Origin: a bacterium
GTDB lineage: Bacteria; SZUA-182; DTGQ01
Assembly (NCBI GenBank): GCA_040752695.1
Contig: JBFMGO010000005.1
Coordinates: forward strand, 53,783 to 103,048
Direction: 5' to 3'
DNA length: 49,266 nt
Each line of letters begins with the position of its first letter. Position 1 is the stretch's first letter. The notes beneath the pieces are model-generated. The model did not search any database and was not told the origin of the DNA. It saw nothing but the letters and a program-made list of their open reading frames with translations. Shown here piece after piece: positions 1-9,496 of the stretch. The translations under genes and the position numbers were made by a program.

Positions 1-555
1 CAGGACCCTGATGTCATTATGGTGGGGGAGATCCGGGATCTGGAAACCGCCGAGATCGCTATCCAGGCATCCCTGACCGGACACCTTGTGTTCAGCACGC
101 TGCATACCAATGATTCTGCCGGAGCCATTACCCGACTTCACGACATGGGAGTTGAGCCTTATCTGGTCGCTTCTTCGGTTATCGCTATTTTGGCACAGCG
201 TCTGGTTCGTGTTTTGTGTCCAAAGTGCAAAAAGCCGACTCATCCTGACCCCGTCTCACTCGAAAAGATCGGCCTGACTTTGAACGATCTGCCTGAAGGA
301 GTTGTCTACACCAGCCACGGTTGCTCCAGTTGTCTGCATACCGGATACCGGGGAAGAACCGGAATCTATGAACTTCTGGCTATCGACGATGAAGTGCGAA
401 GGGCCATTATGAACCGGGCTGAGGCAGGATCAATCAAAAAAATCGGCTTGAAGCGTGGTATGACTTCACTGCGACAGGACGGCGCCTGTAAGGTTGCCTC
501 AGGACTCACCACCATTGAAGAGGTCCTCCGGGTGTCCCAGGAAGACGTTTTCTAG
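1..555 (+). CDS. gspE: Type II secretion ATPase GspE/PilB family, C-terminal part (5' end outside window)
   Basis: Frame open from base 1 ([13 protein letters not shown]alker B region), [12 protein letters not shown], CxxC...CxxC zinc motifs, [10 protein letters not shown]; followed by gspF. Confidence 0.9.
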   Translation, partial: QDPDVIMVGEIRDLETAEIAIQASLTGHLVFSTLHTNDSAGAITRLHDMGVEPYLVASSVIAILAQRLVRVLCPKCKKPTHPDPVSLEKIGLTLNDLPEGVVYTSHGCSSCLHTGYRGRTGIYELLAIDDEVRRAIMNRAEAGSIKKIGLKRGMTSLRQDGACKVASGLTTIEEVLRVSQEDVF

Positions 556-627
556 CGGATATTTTCTCACGGGAAACCGCCTGCGGCTTTTATGGAACGC
601 TGCTGCGGTTATGTATGGAAAGCTACT

Positions 628-1845
628 ATGGCTATATTTGAGTACCGTGCCTTAGACACTCAAGGCAGATCCGTTAAGGGCCTGATCGATGCAGATAACG
701 CCCAGGATGCACGATCGAAGCTACGCAGGGATAATATCTATCCTTTCAAGCTCAAGGCTACCTCGGTTACCAGGCGGCTGTCAAAAAGCGAACTTTTCCC
801 CCTCTTCCACCCCAAGACCAAAACCAAGGAAATCGCGGTTCTGACCCGGCAACTGTCAACGCTTCTCAAGGCAGGGTTGCCCCTGATGCAAGCCCTGACT
901 GCGCTGGTCGATCAGATTGACGCCGAGCACATCAAAAAAATCTTTATCGAAATCCGGGACAAGGTCAAGGGGGGGATGCCATTATCCAAAGCACTCTCGG
1001 AGCATCCTCAGGTTTTTTTCCGGCTGTACGTGCAAATGGTCCGTGCCGGTGAGGCGAGTGGCTCCCTGGATCAGGTTCTGACCAGTCTGGCTGACTACAT
1101 GGAAAAAAAGCTCAAGCAGAGGAACAAAATCTGGTCAACCCTGGCTTACCCGATCTTCATGGTTTTTATCGGTGCCGCTGTTTTGGTATTCCTGATGATG
1201 TACGTAATCCCTACCATTACCAACATCTTTGTGGAAATGAAACAAAACCTTCCCCTGCCAACGCTGTTTCTTATCCGGGCGAGCGAATTTTTGAAAGCGT
1301 TCTGGCTCCCTTTGCTCCTGGCTGTATTCATGCTCATCTGGGCCTTTCGCAAATATCGCACGACGGAATCCGGCGGGCTTTTAGTCGATAAAACTCTATT
1401 GAAAATCCCTTTCGTCGGAGAGCTCATCCGCAAGATCGATACCGCCCGTTTCGCCCAAACCCTCGGCATCCTGGTTTGCAATGGAGTTCCCATTCTGGAC
1501 TCCCTGACCATTGTCAAGGATGTAATCACCAACCGCCTGCTGGCCAATGCCATAGATGAAGCCCGCCACTGCCTCCAGGAAGGCGAAGACCTGGCTGTCC
1601 CTCTGAAAAAGGCCAAGGTATTTCCCCCCATTGTAACCCATATGATCGCTATCGGGGAAAAAAGCGGGCAATTGGAGGAAATGCTGGCCAATATCGCCGA
1701 AAGCTATGACAGCGAAGTCGATATGGCTGTCAACAGCCTTACCTCTATCCTCGAGCCTGCTATCATCCTCCTGATGGGTGCCCTGGTCGCCTTTATCGTT
1801 CTATCCATCCTCCTGCCCATATTCGAGATGAATCAGATCGTGTAG
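628..1845 (+). CDS. gspF: Type II secretion inner-membrane platform protein GspF/PilC
   Basis: MAIFEYRALD...G.IDAD N-terminus, two T2SSF repeats (AGEASGSL, IGEKSGQLEEML), EP...LLPIF end; start moved to ATG 628. Confidence 0.9.
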   Translation: MAIFEYRALDTQGRSVKGLIDADNAQDARSKLRRDNIYPFKLKATSVTRRLSKSELFPLFHPKTKTKEIAVLTRQLSTLLKAGLPLMQALTALVDQIDAEHIKKIFIEIRDKVKGGMPLSKALSEHPQVFFRLYVQMVRAGEASGSLDQVLTSLADYMEKKLKQRNKIWSTLAYPIFMVFIGAAVLVFLMMYVIPTITNIFVEMKQNLPLPTLFLIRASEFLKAFWLPLLLAVFMLIWAFRKYRTTESGGLLVDKTLLKIPFVGELIRKIDTARFAQTLGILVCNGVPILDSLTIVKDVITNRLLANAIDEARHCLQEGEDLAVPLKKAKVFPPIVTHMIAIGEKSGQLEEMLANIAESYDSEVDMAVNSLTSILEPAIILLMGALVAFIVLSILLPIFEMNQIV

Positions 1846-1984
1846 CTCTCCCCCCGGCTGGATAACTGGATACCGGGGGTCCCGGTGGCAAGGTCAGGTA
1901 CCGGCTGCGGAATAACCTGCCCTCCATTAGAGGGATCAGCATCTCAAGTTCCTCAATAAAACGAAGAATTGACAAATGGGATGA

Positions 1985-2033
1985 AAAATACCTCCTCCCC
2001 TTTATAACTTTATAAAAGGGGAGGAGGTATTTT
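1985..2033. terminator. Bidirectional intrinsic terminator between convergent gspF and ahcY
   Basis: 19-bp perfect inverted repeat AAAATACCTCCTCCCCTTT / AAAGGGGAGGAGGTATTTT. Confidence 0.75.
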
Positions 2034-2076
2034 GGGATAAGCTCTCAAGTATCACTCAACCTCAATACCGGAGATC

Positions 2077-3549
2077 TCAATACCGGTAATGCTCCGGCTT
2101 GAATGGGCCGTCCTGGGGCACTCCGATGTAATCGGCCTGTTCTTTTGTCAGGCGGGTCAGTTTTACCCCCAGTTTGCCCAGATGCAGCCGGGCAACTTCT
2201 TCGTCTATTTTCTTGGGCAGGGTGGCTACGCTTATTCCTCTGGGATTGGTCCATAGATCGATTTGCGCCAGCGCCTGATTGGTAAACGAATTCGACATGA
2301 CAAAAGAGGGGTGCCCTGTGGCGCACCCCAGGTTGACCAGGCGGCCTTCGGCTAAAAGATAAATTGCGTGGCCGTCAGGGAATATGTATTTATCGACCTG
2401 GGGCTTGATGTTTTCTCTCTTGATGCCGGGATAATCCGTCAGTTTGTCCACCTGGATTTCGTTATCGAAGTGGCCGATATTACAGACAATGGCCTGGTCA
2501 AGCATCTTTTCCATGTGCTCGATACGGATTATGTCGCGGTTGCCTGTGGCAGTGACAAAGATATTGGCTTCTTTGAGGGCATCCTCGACAGTGGTGACTT
2601 CATACCCTTCCATGGCAGCCTGGAGCGCGCAGATCGGGTCAATCTCGGTAACCAGAACCCTTGCACCGAATCCGCGCATCGACTGGGCGCAGCCTTTGCC
2701 CACATCGCCGTAGCCGCAGACGCATACCACCTTGCCAGCCACCATAACGTCCGTAGCGCGTTTGATGCCGTCGGCCAGAGACTCGCGGCACCCATACAGG
2801 TTGTCGAATTTTGACTTGGTCACGGAGTCATTGACATTAATGGCCGGGAAAAGGAGTGTTTTATTCTCCATCATCTGATAGAGACGATGCACACCGGTCG
2901 TAGTCTCCTCCGACACGCCGCGAAAATCTTTGACCATCTTGTGCCAGTACTGAGGATCTTTCTTAAGCTGACGCTTTAAGATGGCATTGATAATAATCAG
3001 ATCCTTATTGGTTGTTTTCTCGTCGAGGCGGGCCGGATTTTCCTCGGCCCAATAGCCGTGGTGCACCATCAGGGTTGCATCACCGCCGTCATCCACGATG
3101 AGGTTCGGTCCACAGCTCCCCTGTCCATTAGGATGACCATTATGGCCACAGGGAAAGTTCAGGGCTTGAAAGGTACATTCCCAGTATGCTTCGAGTGATT
3201 CGCCCTTCCAGGCAAAAACCGGTGTGCCACTGGCTGCAATTGCTGCCGCTGCATGGTCCTGAGTCGAAAAGATATTGCATGAGGCCCATCGCACATCAGC
3301 CCCCAGCGCTTTGAGCGTCTCGATCAGGACGGCTGTCTGAATGGTCATGTGCAGGGAGCCGGTAATACGTGCACCTTGCAGGGGTTTTTGCGGGCCATAT
3401 TTTCCCCGCACCGCCATCAGGCCGGGCATCTCCTTTTCGGCAATAATGATCTCCCTGCGGCCAAAATCCGCCTGGGACATGTCCGCAACCTTGTAATCCA
3501 GTCCCGTATAATCGGGTATCTGGATTTTAGTTAACACGCTTTGACTCAT
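2077..3549 (-). CDS. ahcY: Adenosylhomocysteinase (SAH hydrolase)
   Basis: [76 protein letters not shown]. Confidence 0.98.
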   Translation of the reverse strand: MSQSVLTKIQIPDYTGLDYKVADMSQADFGRREIIIAEKEMPGLMAVRGKYGPQKPLQGARITGSLHMTIQTAVLIETLKALGADVRWASCNIFSTQDHAAAAIAASGTPVFAWKGESLEAYWECTFQALNFPCGHNGHPNGQGSCGPNLIVDDGGDATLMVHHGYWAEENPARLDEKTTNKDLIIINAILKRQLKKDPQYWHKMVKDFRGVSEETTTGVHRLYQMMENKTLLFPAINVNDSVTKSKFDNLYGCRESLADGIKRATDVMVAGKVVCVCGYGDVGKGCAQSMRGFGARVLVTEIDPICALQAAMEGYEVTTVEDALKEANIFVTATGNRDIIRIEHMEKMLDQAIVCNIGHFDNEIQVDKLTDYPGIKRENIKPQVDKYIFPDGHAIYLLAEGRLVNLGCATGHPSFVMSNSFTNQALAQIDLWTNPRGISVATLPKKIDEEVARLHLGKLGVKLTRLTKEQADYIGVPQDGPFKPEHYRY

Positions 3550-3599
3550 GATAGTCTCCTTTCGTAGAAGTTAACTTGGGGTCTTTTTTAAGAGACTTA

Positions 3600-3628
3600 A
3601 GTTTAGTTCATTCCGAGGGAGAAATCAA
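3600..3628 (-). promoter_or_regulatory. Putative sigma70 promoter of ahcY
   Basis: Minus strand TTGATT-N17-TAAACT about 50 nt upstream of the ATG. Confidence 0.5.
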
Positions 3629-3661
3629 CGGCCTTTTCTGTTAATTCATTGTGAGGATTAT

Positions 3662-3750
3662 GAGGGCCTTGAGCCACTGGAGCCACCTTGAAGAGCACTC
3701 CTGAGCACTCCTTGAGTACGAGCCCTCCCTGAGGACTCCAGAGCACCTCC
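3662..3750. repeat. Degenerate short tandem repeats (GAGCACTCC-like, ~8 copies)
   Basis: gagccact, gagccacc, gagcactcc x2, gagtac, gagccctcc, gaggactcc, gagcacctcc at about 8-14 nt spacing. Confidence 0.6.
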
Positions 3751-3789
3751 ATTTTCGTACCTTTTGTCCGTGGATGAAAAGACAGATGG

Positions 3790-3990
3790 TCGGTGAAATA
3801 GTTTTTTCTACCCGGCATCTTTCAGGCACGTCATCCATTCAATCATGAGAAGGTATATATTCTTGAGATTCTCCTCCAGTTCTTCGAGGGTTTCTCCCTG
3901 CGTCATGATTTCCGGATGTTCAAGGATTTTTCCCAGCCAATAATTACCTTCCTTCCAGTAAATCATAGTCATACTCACATTCCTGCTCAT
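3790..3990 (-). pseudogene. HicB-family antitoxin, frameshifted near the C-terminus; no hicA partner seen
   Basis: MTMIYWK..YWLGKILEHPEIMTQGETLEELEENLK matches the HicB-like pattern; the expected tail MDDVPE lies in another frame (ATG ATT GA ATG GAT GAC at ~3838). Confidence 0.65.
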
Positions 3991-4099
3991 AGGCGTTTCT
4001 ATTTCCATTGAGAATACCTCCTGGCGAAAATGTTTTTACGACTCGACCTTCATGACTGGTTAGTATCGGTTTAATATGGTTCAATCAATGAATCTTTCC

Positions 4100-4440
4100 T
4101 CTTATTACACATCACGCTCAATACACGGGCAGTTAAAATCATTAAATAATATGTAGTTAGGGAATAGAAGGGGGCTCTTCGCTCCACCAAAAGAAATGGT
4201 ATAATGGATGGCACAGAATGGGGCAGAAAAATCCTCATCCTGTGCTCCTGTGCCATTGAGTATCAGCGGTACTCATGAAACTGATCGGGTAATCCCCGAT
4301 GGTCGTGTAATTCCAGTCTGAGAACCCAGGCATCGGTGCGATAAAAGAGGGAAAGCCGATGATGGCTGTGCCCTGACTTGAAATTCCACCCCAAGGTGGA
4401 ATCTTAAACACAGTGGCCCTGCTGCGTTACCCCTTTTCAG
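4100..4440 (-). pseudogene. Decayed fragment paralogous to the central domain of the upstream secreted protein
   Basis: Translates to WNYTTIGDYPISFMS (compare FQYIPTSGDAPISFMA in CDS 4467-6725), then past a TGA to FCPILC (compare LCPLNVYC). Confidence 0.4.
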
Positions 4441-4466
4441 CCCCTAGTCCCTGCATGAGGCTCTGT

Positions 4467-6725
4467 CTACTCTTCCCCGGTATAAACGAGCAAATTTCCG
4501 TCGAGGGTACCAAAGTAGATATACCCATCAAGCCCTTCAGTCAAAGCACCAACCTTTCCTGTCCAGTGGAATAATCTCGGATTCACGCCTGGCTTGTCCT
4601 GAGATTCATCCCAGGGCCTGTCTGTCCAGGGTTTCGTGGGATCGTAGCGGATAAGGTAGCCGTTTACCGCCGACCCCATATAAATGAGGCCATTCTCAGT
4701 ACAGATCATGTCCAGGACTTCGGCACACCCGCCAAGAGTCCCTTTCGAATCAAAGATGCAAGAAGCAGGATCATAGCTGAATATCCTGTTCATGTCAGCG
4801 GTGCCAGCAGCATAGATAAGACCGTCATGGCCTATGGTAAGCGCTAGAACTCCCTCATCCACCGGCTTGGGATCAATTATGGAGAAGGATTTAGCAAAAG
4901 GGTCATAGGCAAAAATCTTGCCTTCAGGCCGTTTATATGTACTGGCAGGGGCAGGCTGGACAACACCGTAGAGGAGGCCGTCAGAAGCCATAGTCAGGCT
5001 GTTGATACTGCCCTGATGGGGAATCGGCTGGCCAAGGTACTCGATTTTTTCTGTCCTGGGGTCATAGACAAAAAGATGGGCGTAATAATCTCTTGGCCCT
5101 ACATTTCTCCATCCTGTGCAGCCATAGATCCTGCCGTCCCGGTCTGCAACCAGGTCCCTGACCTCTATCGGTATAGCCCTTGTATCTTCGGGGTAAGAAA
5201 CCACCTGGCCGAGATCCCGGGGGTTGGCATCAAGTCCCCTGCCAGGATTCCATGCCTTTTGGGGATCATAGACAGCCAGGTTGGCATACCCCATCGTGTT
5301 ATAGTCCGATATGTACTTACTCCCGCCGCCAATATAGATCAGGTCGTCATTTGCGGTGACCATGGAAGCGCATTCATAGCCTGGCTTGCCAAGCTCGGTG
5401 AGCTCTCCTGTGACCGGATCATAAACGAACATACATCCTTCCCGCTCAGAGCCATTATTCGTCCCGCCGTAAATACGGCCGTCCGGCCCTGTAGTGAGGG
5501 AGAGAATGTCTCCTCCATTGGGGTTTCCCAGCACCTGAATGGCTGCCACAGGCTTTGGTCTGGGTTTATACGTTCTTACAGGTCCTTCGAGATTGAATGT
5601 CCCCTGATCGGCTGCCTGACCACGGTCATCTTTAATTACATATTCTCCTTTTACGGTAAAAATGCCAGCAAAAGCGCAATAAACATTCAGAGGGCAAAGA
5701 CTGTTATTTGCTGTACCAGTGAAAACAGCCGTATAACCTGAGGGGAATTCAGCCATGAAGGAAATAGGTGCATCGCCTGAGGTTGGGATATATTGGAATT
5801 GAGTGACAGGTCCGCTGCCAAGAGGTAACGGGGAACTTGCTATCTCAAGGATGCCTGGTTCACTGCTTGTATCGAGTGCCAGACTTCCAGCCGCTGCTGC
5901 CCCGGTGTTTGCATTGGTTATCTGTCGGCTTTGCCATTCTCCTTCCATCTTTACCGGTGCAGGAGCAGGTTTTGTCACAGTCTGGGGATATTGGACCGGT
6001 ATAATACTCGGCACCTCATTCCATCGGGTATTAGATGTAACTGTTACAATCGGGGAACCGATGGTCCCCGGTTGAAGCGGTCCCAAAGAAGAAATTGCCC
6101 CTGATCCCATGTATGCGGAAGCACTGCTATACGGTTGAGGAAAAAGAAAAGGAGTGCCCGAAGGGAAAATGCTGTAATAACTGGTCACCCCTGCATACAG
6201 TCCTCCATTGGATCCTCCATAGAGCCCTCCAGAGAGGCCACTAGAGAATCTGCCATTGGAACCGCTATATGCCGGTCCAATCAGGGATGAAAAAAGTGAC
6301 GATGGGTTACTATTTCCGTAGGAAGAGTATGGAAAAAGGGAAAGGATTGAAGTGTTGTTATATTGGCTAATTGGACTATATTGGATATATTGGCTATTTT
6401 GACCGAATTGCCCGTAGTTCCCTAAAGATACGAAGCTGTTGCCATAGCTCTCCCCTCCTCGTGTCCCTGATCCGGAAAATGAAGATAATGCCGGCGGAAA
6501 AGATAAGGCCAAGGTGAAAGGATTGCTGTATACCGGGCTGAATGAAAGGAATGGAGAATCAAAGGAAAGTCCGCTGCCTAATGATCCAATACTTAATCCG
6601 GTACTGTAAGGTGGCCATTGGGCTAATAACCCGGCTGCTTTCATCAAACCAATGGAGAGCACTGTGAGTGTTATTAACAGGTATTTGAAGAGCCTTGCTC
6701 TCTGTGTTCCATTATATACCATCAT
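4467..6725 (-). CDS. Secreted protein (~752 aa): signal peptide, ~200-aa Ser/Gly/Tyr/Pro low-complexity region, central beta domain, C-terminal beta-propeller-like repeats
   Basis: Start ATG 6725 after a G-rich RBS; hydrophobic leader ending LLA-Q; repeated 'DGRIYGG/DGLIY..G..YDP' blades. Confidence 0.8.
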   Translation of the reverse strand: MMVYNGTQRARLFKYLLITLTVLSIGLMKAAGLLAQWPPYSTGLSIGSLGSGLSFDSPFLSFSPVYSNPFTLALSFPPALSSFSGSGTRGGESYGNSFVSLGNYGQFGQNSQYIQYSPISQYNNTSILSLFPYSSYGNSNPSSLFSSLIGPAYSGSNGRFSSGLSGGLYGGSNGGLYAGVTSYYSIFPSGTPFLFPQPYSSASAYMGSGAISSLGPLQPGTIGSPIVTVTSNTRWNEVPSIIPVQYPQTVTKPAPAPVKMEGEWQSRQITNANTGAAAAGSLALDTSSEPGILEIASSPLPLGSGPVTQFQYIPTSGDAPISFMAEFPSGYTAVFTGTANNSLCPLNVYCAFAGIFTVKGEYVIKDDRGQAADQGTFNLEGPVRTYKPRPKPVAAIQVLGNPNGGDILSLTTGPDGRIYGGTNNGSEREGCMFVYDPVTGELTELGKPGYECASMVTANDDLIYIGGGSKYISDYNTMGYANLAVYDPQKAWNPGRGLDANPRDLGQVVSYPEDTRAIPIEVRDLVADRDGRIYGCTGWRNVGPRDYYAHLFVYDPRTEKIEYLGQPIPHQGSINSLTMASDGLLYGVVQPAPASTYKRPEGKIFAYDPFAKSFSIIDPKPVDEGVLALTIGHDGLIYAAGTADMNRIFSYDPASCIFDSKGTLGGCAEVLDMICTENGLIYMGSAVNGYLIRYDPTKPWTDRPWDESQDKPGVNPRLFHWTGKVGALTEGLDGYIYFGTLDGNLLVYTGEE

Positions 6726-7303
6726 TTTTCCCCCCTGTCCTTGCCTGTCCTTGGCAATTAAGCAGTATGTTAAGACCCAGCAATTTTTTTGCTCCGCTTT
6801 TATTGCTACGCCGCTTTGTTTTATTATTCCGGCACTTTCCATGTAATACCTATTCTGAAAAGTGGGTCCGGCTCTTATCGTGATGCGGCATCCCAGGATT
6901 TTTCGAATAGAGCCATCTAAAGCATAACGGATACCATAATTACTCTCCTTCTCTTTCCTCTTGAGTTGGAAAATCATTGCCTTCTTCGTGCTAGACGGGA
7001 GCTTATCTTAATCGTTACGTAGTCTAATGGATAATTTTTTCATGAATTATTGAAAGTTACATAAATTATATGTACCATGAGTAACCCTTTATCATGGAGG
7101 GCAAGGATGAGAAATACTCATGAAACCGATGAAACCCTGAGAGACACACTGGGCGCAGAAAATAATGACGCGCTAAAGCCTGGTGTTGTATCCTTACTCG
7201 GACAGACTGGGAGCGAACATTTTTATTCTCTCGATAGCCGGGAATGATGGTTACCTCTTTTAGGTAAAGGCTGGTAATTTTAAAACCGGCCAATAGATCG
7301 TTC

Positions 7304-7349
7304 CAGCTTGCACAATTGTTCTATAAGCTTTGTACAATTGTTCTATAAT
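7304..7349. repeat. Tandem ~23-nt duplication in the divergent promoter region
   Basis: AGCTTGCACAATTGTTCTATA followed by AGCTTTGTACAATTGTTCTATA; each contains CAATTG. Confidence 0.7.
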
Positions 7350-7378
7350 TGATTACTGCTATTCATTGATGCTATACT
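7349..7378 (+). promoter_or_regulatory. Putative sigma70 promoter upstream of fxsA
   Basis: TTGATT-N18-TATACT with extended -10 TG. Confidence 0.45.
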
Positions 7379-7541
7379 ACTATATCAGTTCAGAGAAGGG
7401 CTTTTAATGCTGCGGCTATGACTACAGCGTGGCAAATGTATCCATGGTACATGTATGGCATGGTGCGCATATATGGCACGGTACATAAGCTGTGGTTACG
7501 GGAAGGTGCAAGGAGATATTAGAGGTGCAAGGGGATATTAT

Positions 7542-7919
7542 ATGTTTTATTGGCTCTTAATTCTCTTCATTGGAATTCCGCTCCTGGAATTAGCTCTTTT
7601 GATCAAGGTTGGGGCTTTGATCGGTACACTCAATACCATTTTGCTGATTCTCATCACGGGCGTTGTGGGTGCAGCCCTTGCCCAGCAGCAGGGATTGGGA
7701 GTGATTACCCGGATACGGGAAGAACTGATCCAGGGTCGAGTTCCTTCCGATGAGCTTCTTAATGGGATATGCGTTCTAATTGGAGGGTTCCTCTTATTGA
7801 CGCCGGGGCTGTTGACCGATGCCATGGGTTTTGCTCTCCTGATTCCGCCGGTTCGGGAACTCATCAAAAAGTATCTCCGGTATAGGTTTAAGCGTAAATG
7901 GAAACGTGATATTTTCTAA
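7542..7919 (+). CDS. fxsA: FxsA family membrane protein
   Basis: FIGIPLLELALLIKVG..IG, GGFLLLTPGLLTDAMG; start moved to ATG 7542 after AAGGGG RBS. Confidence 0.92.
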   Translation: MFYWLLILFIGIPLLELALLIKVGALIGTLNTILLILITGVVGAALAQQQGLGVITRIREELIQGRVPSDELLNGICVLIGGFLLLTPGLLTDAMGFALLIPPVRELIKKYLRYRFKRKWKRDIF

Positions 7920-7967
7920 GTAATCATCGCGCTCAATGCGCGGCCACCAGATAGATTATCATCCATG

Positions 7968-8017
7968 CAGCACATCACTCGTCATTCTGAGCGAAAGCTT
8001 AGAATGACGAGTTGCTG
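7968..8017. repeat. Strong palindromic hairpin, REP-like
   Basis: ACTCGTCATTCTGAGC-GAAA-GCTTAGAATGACGAGT (16-bp stem, one G.U pair) with outer CAGCA/TGCTG. Confidence 0.65.
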
Positions 8018-8195
8018 GAATTTTGCTTACAAGTGTCCGCGAATGAGACAAGATCAATCGGCCTTGAAATTCCCGCGGCCTGTACTGAGCGTGATATTTT
8101 CTCGGTGCGGTATCTTCGTCAAAGACAGGCGACAATCTCTCGCTGAATATGGATAGACGGATGTAAATGGTTTTTAAACAGAAGAGGAATAATGT

Positions 8196-9320
8196 GTGAA
8201 AATCGGTATCGTTTGTTATCCTACTTATGGGGGAAGTGGAGTAGTTGCCACGGAATTAGGCAAGTTCCTGGCTCGTAAGGGGCATCAGGTACACTTTATC
8301 TGCTATCATCTGCCGGTGCGTCTTGAGTCCTGGCCGGATCAGGGAATCACCTTTCACTCGGTGGAGGTCGTGTCTTATCCGCTGTTCAAATTCCCTCCCT
8401 ACACGCTGGCTCTGGCTGCAAAGATTATCGAAGTGATTCAAAAGTACGGACTGGAAATTATCCATGTCCATTATACGGTTCCCCATACCATGGCCGCTTA
8501 TCTGGCCCTGAAAGCATTGAAAGATTATCCGGCCAAAATCATAACCACTCTGCACGGCACTGATATCAGTCTGATCGGTATGGACCCTTCCTACAAGAGC
8601 ATCACCCGCTTCGGACTTGAAACAAGCCATGGAGTCACCGCCGTTTCGCATTATCTGGCCGAGATTACGCGGCAGGAATTTGAATTTTCAAACCCCATTA
8701 AGGTAATCCATAATTTTGTGGACGCCCGCAAATTCGCAAAAACCAGCATTCCTATCATACGAAAAAAATTTGCACCCTGCGATGAAAAAATTATCACTCA
8801 TATCTCTAATTTTCGGATGATTAAGAGAATTCCCGACGTGCTGGAGGTATTTCAGCTCATTCAACGTCGGGTCCCGGCAATTTTACTAATGGTGGGAGAT
8901 GGGCCGGAAACTCCGACTTCCATGAAGCTGGCCAGAGAAATGGGACTGACCGCGAAGGTGCACTTTCTAAAATTTGTCAATTCTGTTCAGAAAATCCTGA
9001 ATATGTCCGATTTATTTTTACTCCCCTCCGAAACCGAAAGTTTCGGCCTGGCCGCTCTCGAGGCCATGAGCTGCCAGGTACCGGTAGTGGCCTACCGGGT
9101 GGGAGGATTGCCGGAAGTAGTCGAAGACGGCCGCAGCGGATTTCTGGTCGCCAAGGGGGATATCGAGGCCATGGCCCGATTTGCCCTGCTGATCCTTGAA
9201 GATAAAGAACTCAGCCAGCGAATGGGAGAGCGGGGACGATATCTGGCCGTAAACCGATTTTCCGAAGAGGAGAAGGTAACCGAATATGAGCAGTATTACC
9301 AGAAGATCTGGACGGAGTAG
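8196..9320 (+). CDS. bshA: N-acetyl-alpha-D-glucosaminyl L-malate synthase (bacillithiol biosynthesis, GT4)
   Basis: [55 protein letters not shown]. Confidence 0.92.
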   Translation: MKIGIVCYPTYGGSGVVATELGKFLARKGHQVHFICYHLPVRLESWPDQGITFHSVEVVSYPLFKFPPYTLALAAKIIEVIQKYGLEIIHVHYTVPHTMAAYLALKALKDYPAKIITTLHGTDISLIGMDPSYKSITRFGLETSHGVTAVSHYLAEITRQEFEFSNPIKVIHNFVDARKFAKTSIPIIRKKFAPCDEKIITHISNFRMIKRIPDVLEVFQLIQRRVPAILLMVGDGPETPTSMKLAREMGLTAKVHFLKFVNSVQKILNMSDLFLLPSETESFGLAALEAMSCQVPVVAYRVGGLPEVVEDGRSGFLVAKGDIEAMARFALLILEDKELSQRMGERGRYLAVNRFSEEEKVTEYEQYYQKIWTE

Positions 9321-9496
9321 TCTGTCGAATTGCGGGATCTGGAGCAGGCTGGTCAAGGGCGCAAGCTTGTCTGGTCCGGTGAAGTACAGCAGGCCCCTGA
9401 GAAGCCTGGCAAAGTGCGGGCAAAGGACGGTAAGTTGTTGAGGAGCAGGAAAACGCCGGGAAGCACGCGCGGAGAGTTGGAAGTGAGGAATCTCAG

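Noticed and set aside
3550..3800. SAH or SAM riboswitch upstream of ahcY
   Set aside because: GGAGTGCTC only superficially resembles the SAH motif, the other conserved elements are missing, and a likely promoter at 3600-3628 leaves only a short leader.
4100..5960. Diversity-generating retroelement template/variable repeat pair
   Set aside because: Similarity is only at protein level with synonymous divergence, not adenine-specific, and no reverse transcriptase is present.
6726..6977. 84-aa N-terminal extension of the 836-aa ORF, and similar extensions on gspF, fxsA, HEAT and TPR
   Set aside because: Downstream ATGs have better RBS or signal-peptide context; for TPR the extension overlaps the predicted promoter.
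7085..7145. SAM-I-like words (TTATC..GGAGGG..CCGATGAAACC)
   Set aside because: Spacing and pairing do not fit; GCAACC and GTGC..ATTCC elements are absent; the downstream gene is unrelated.
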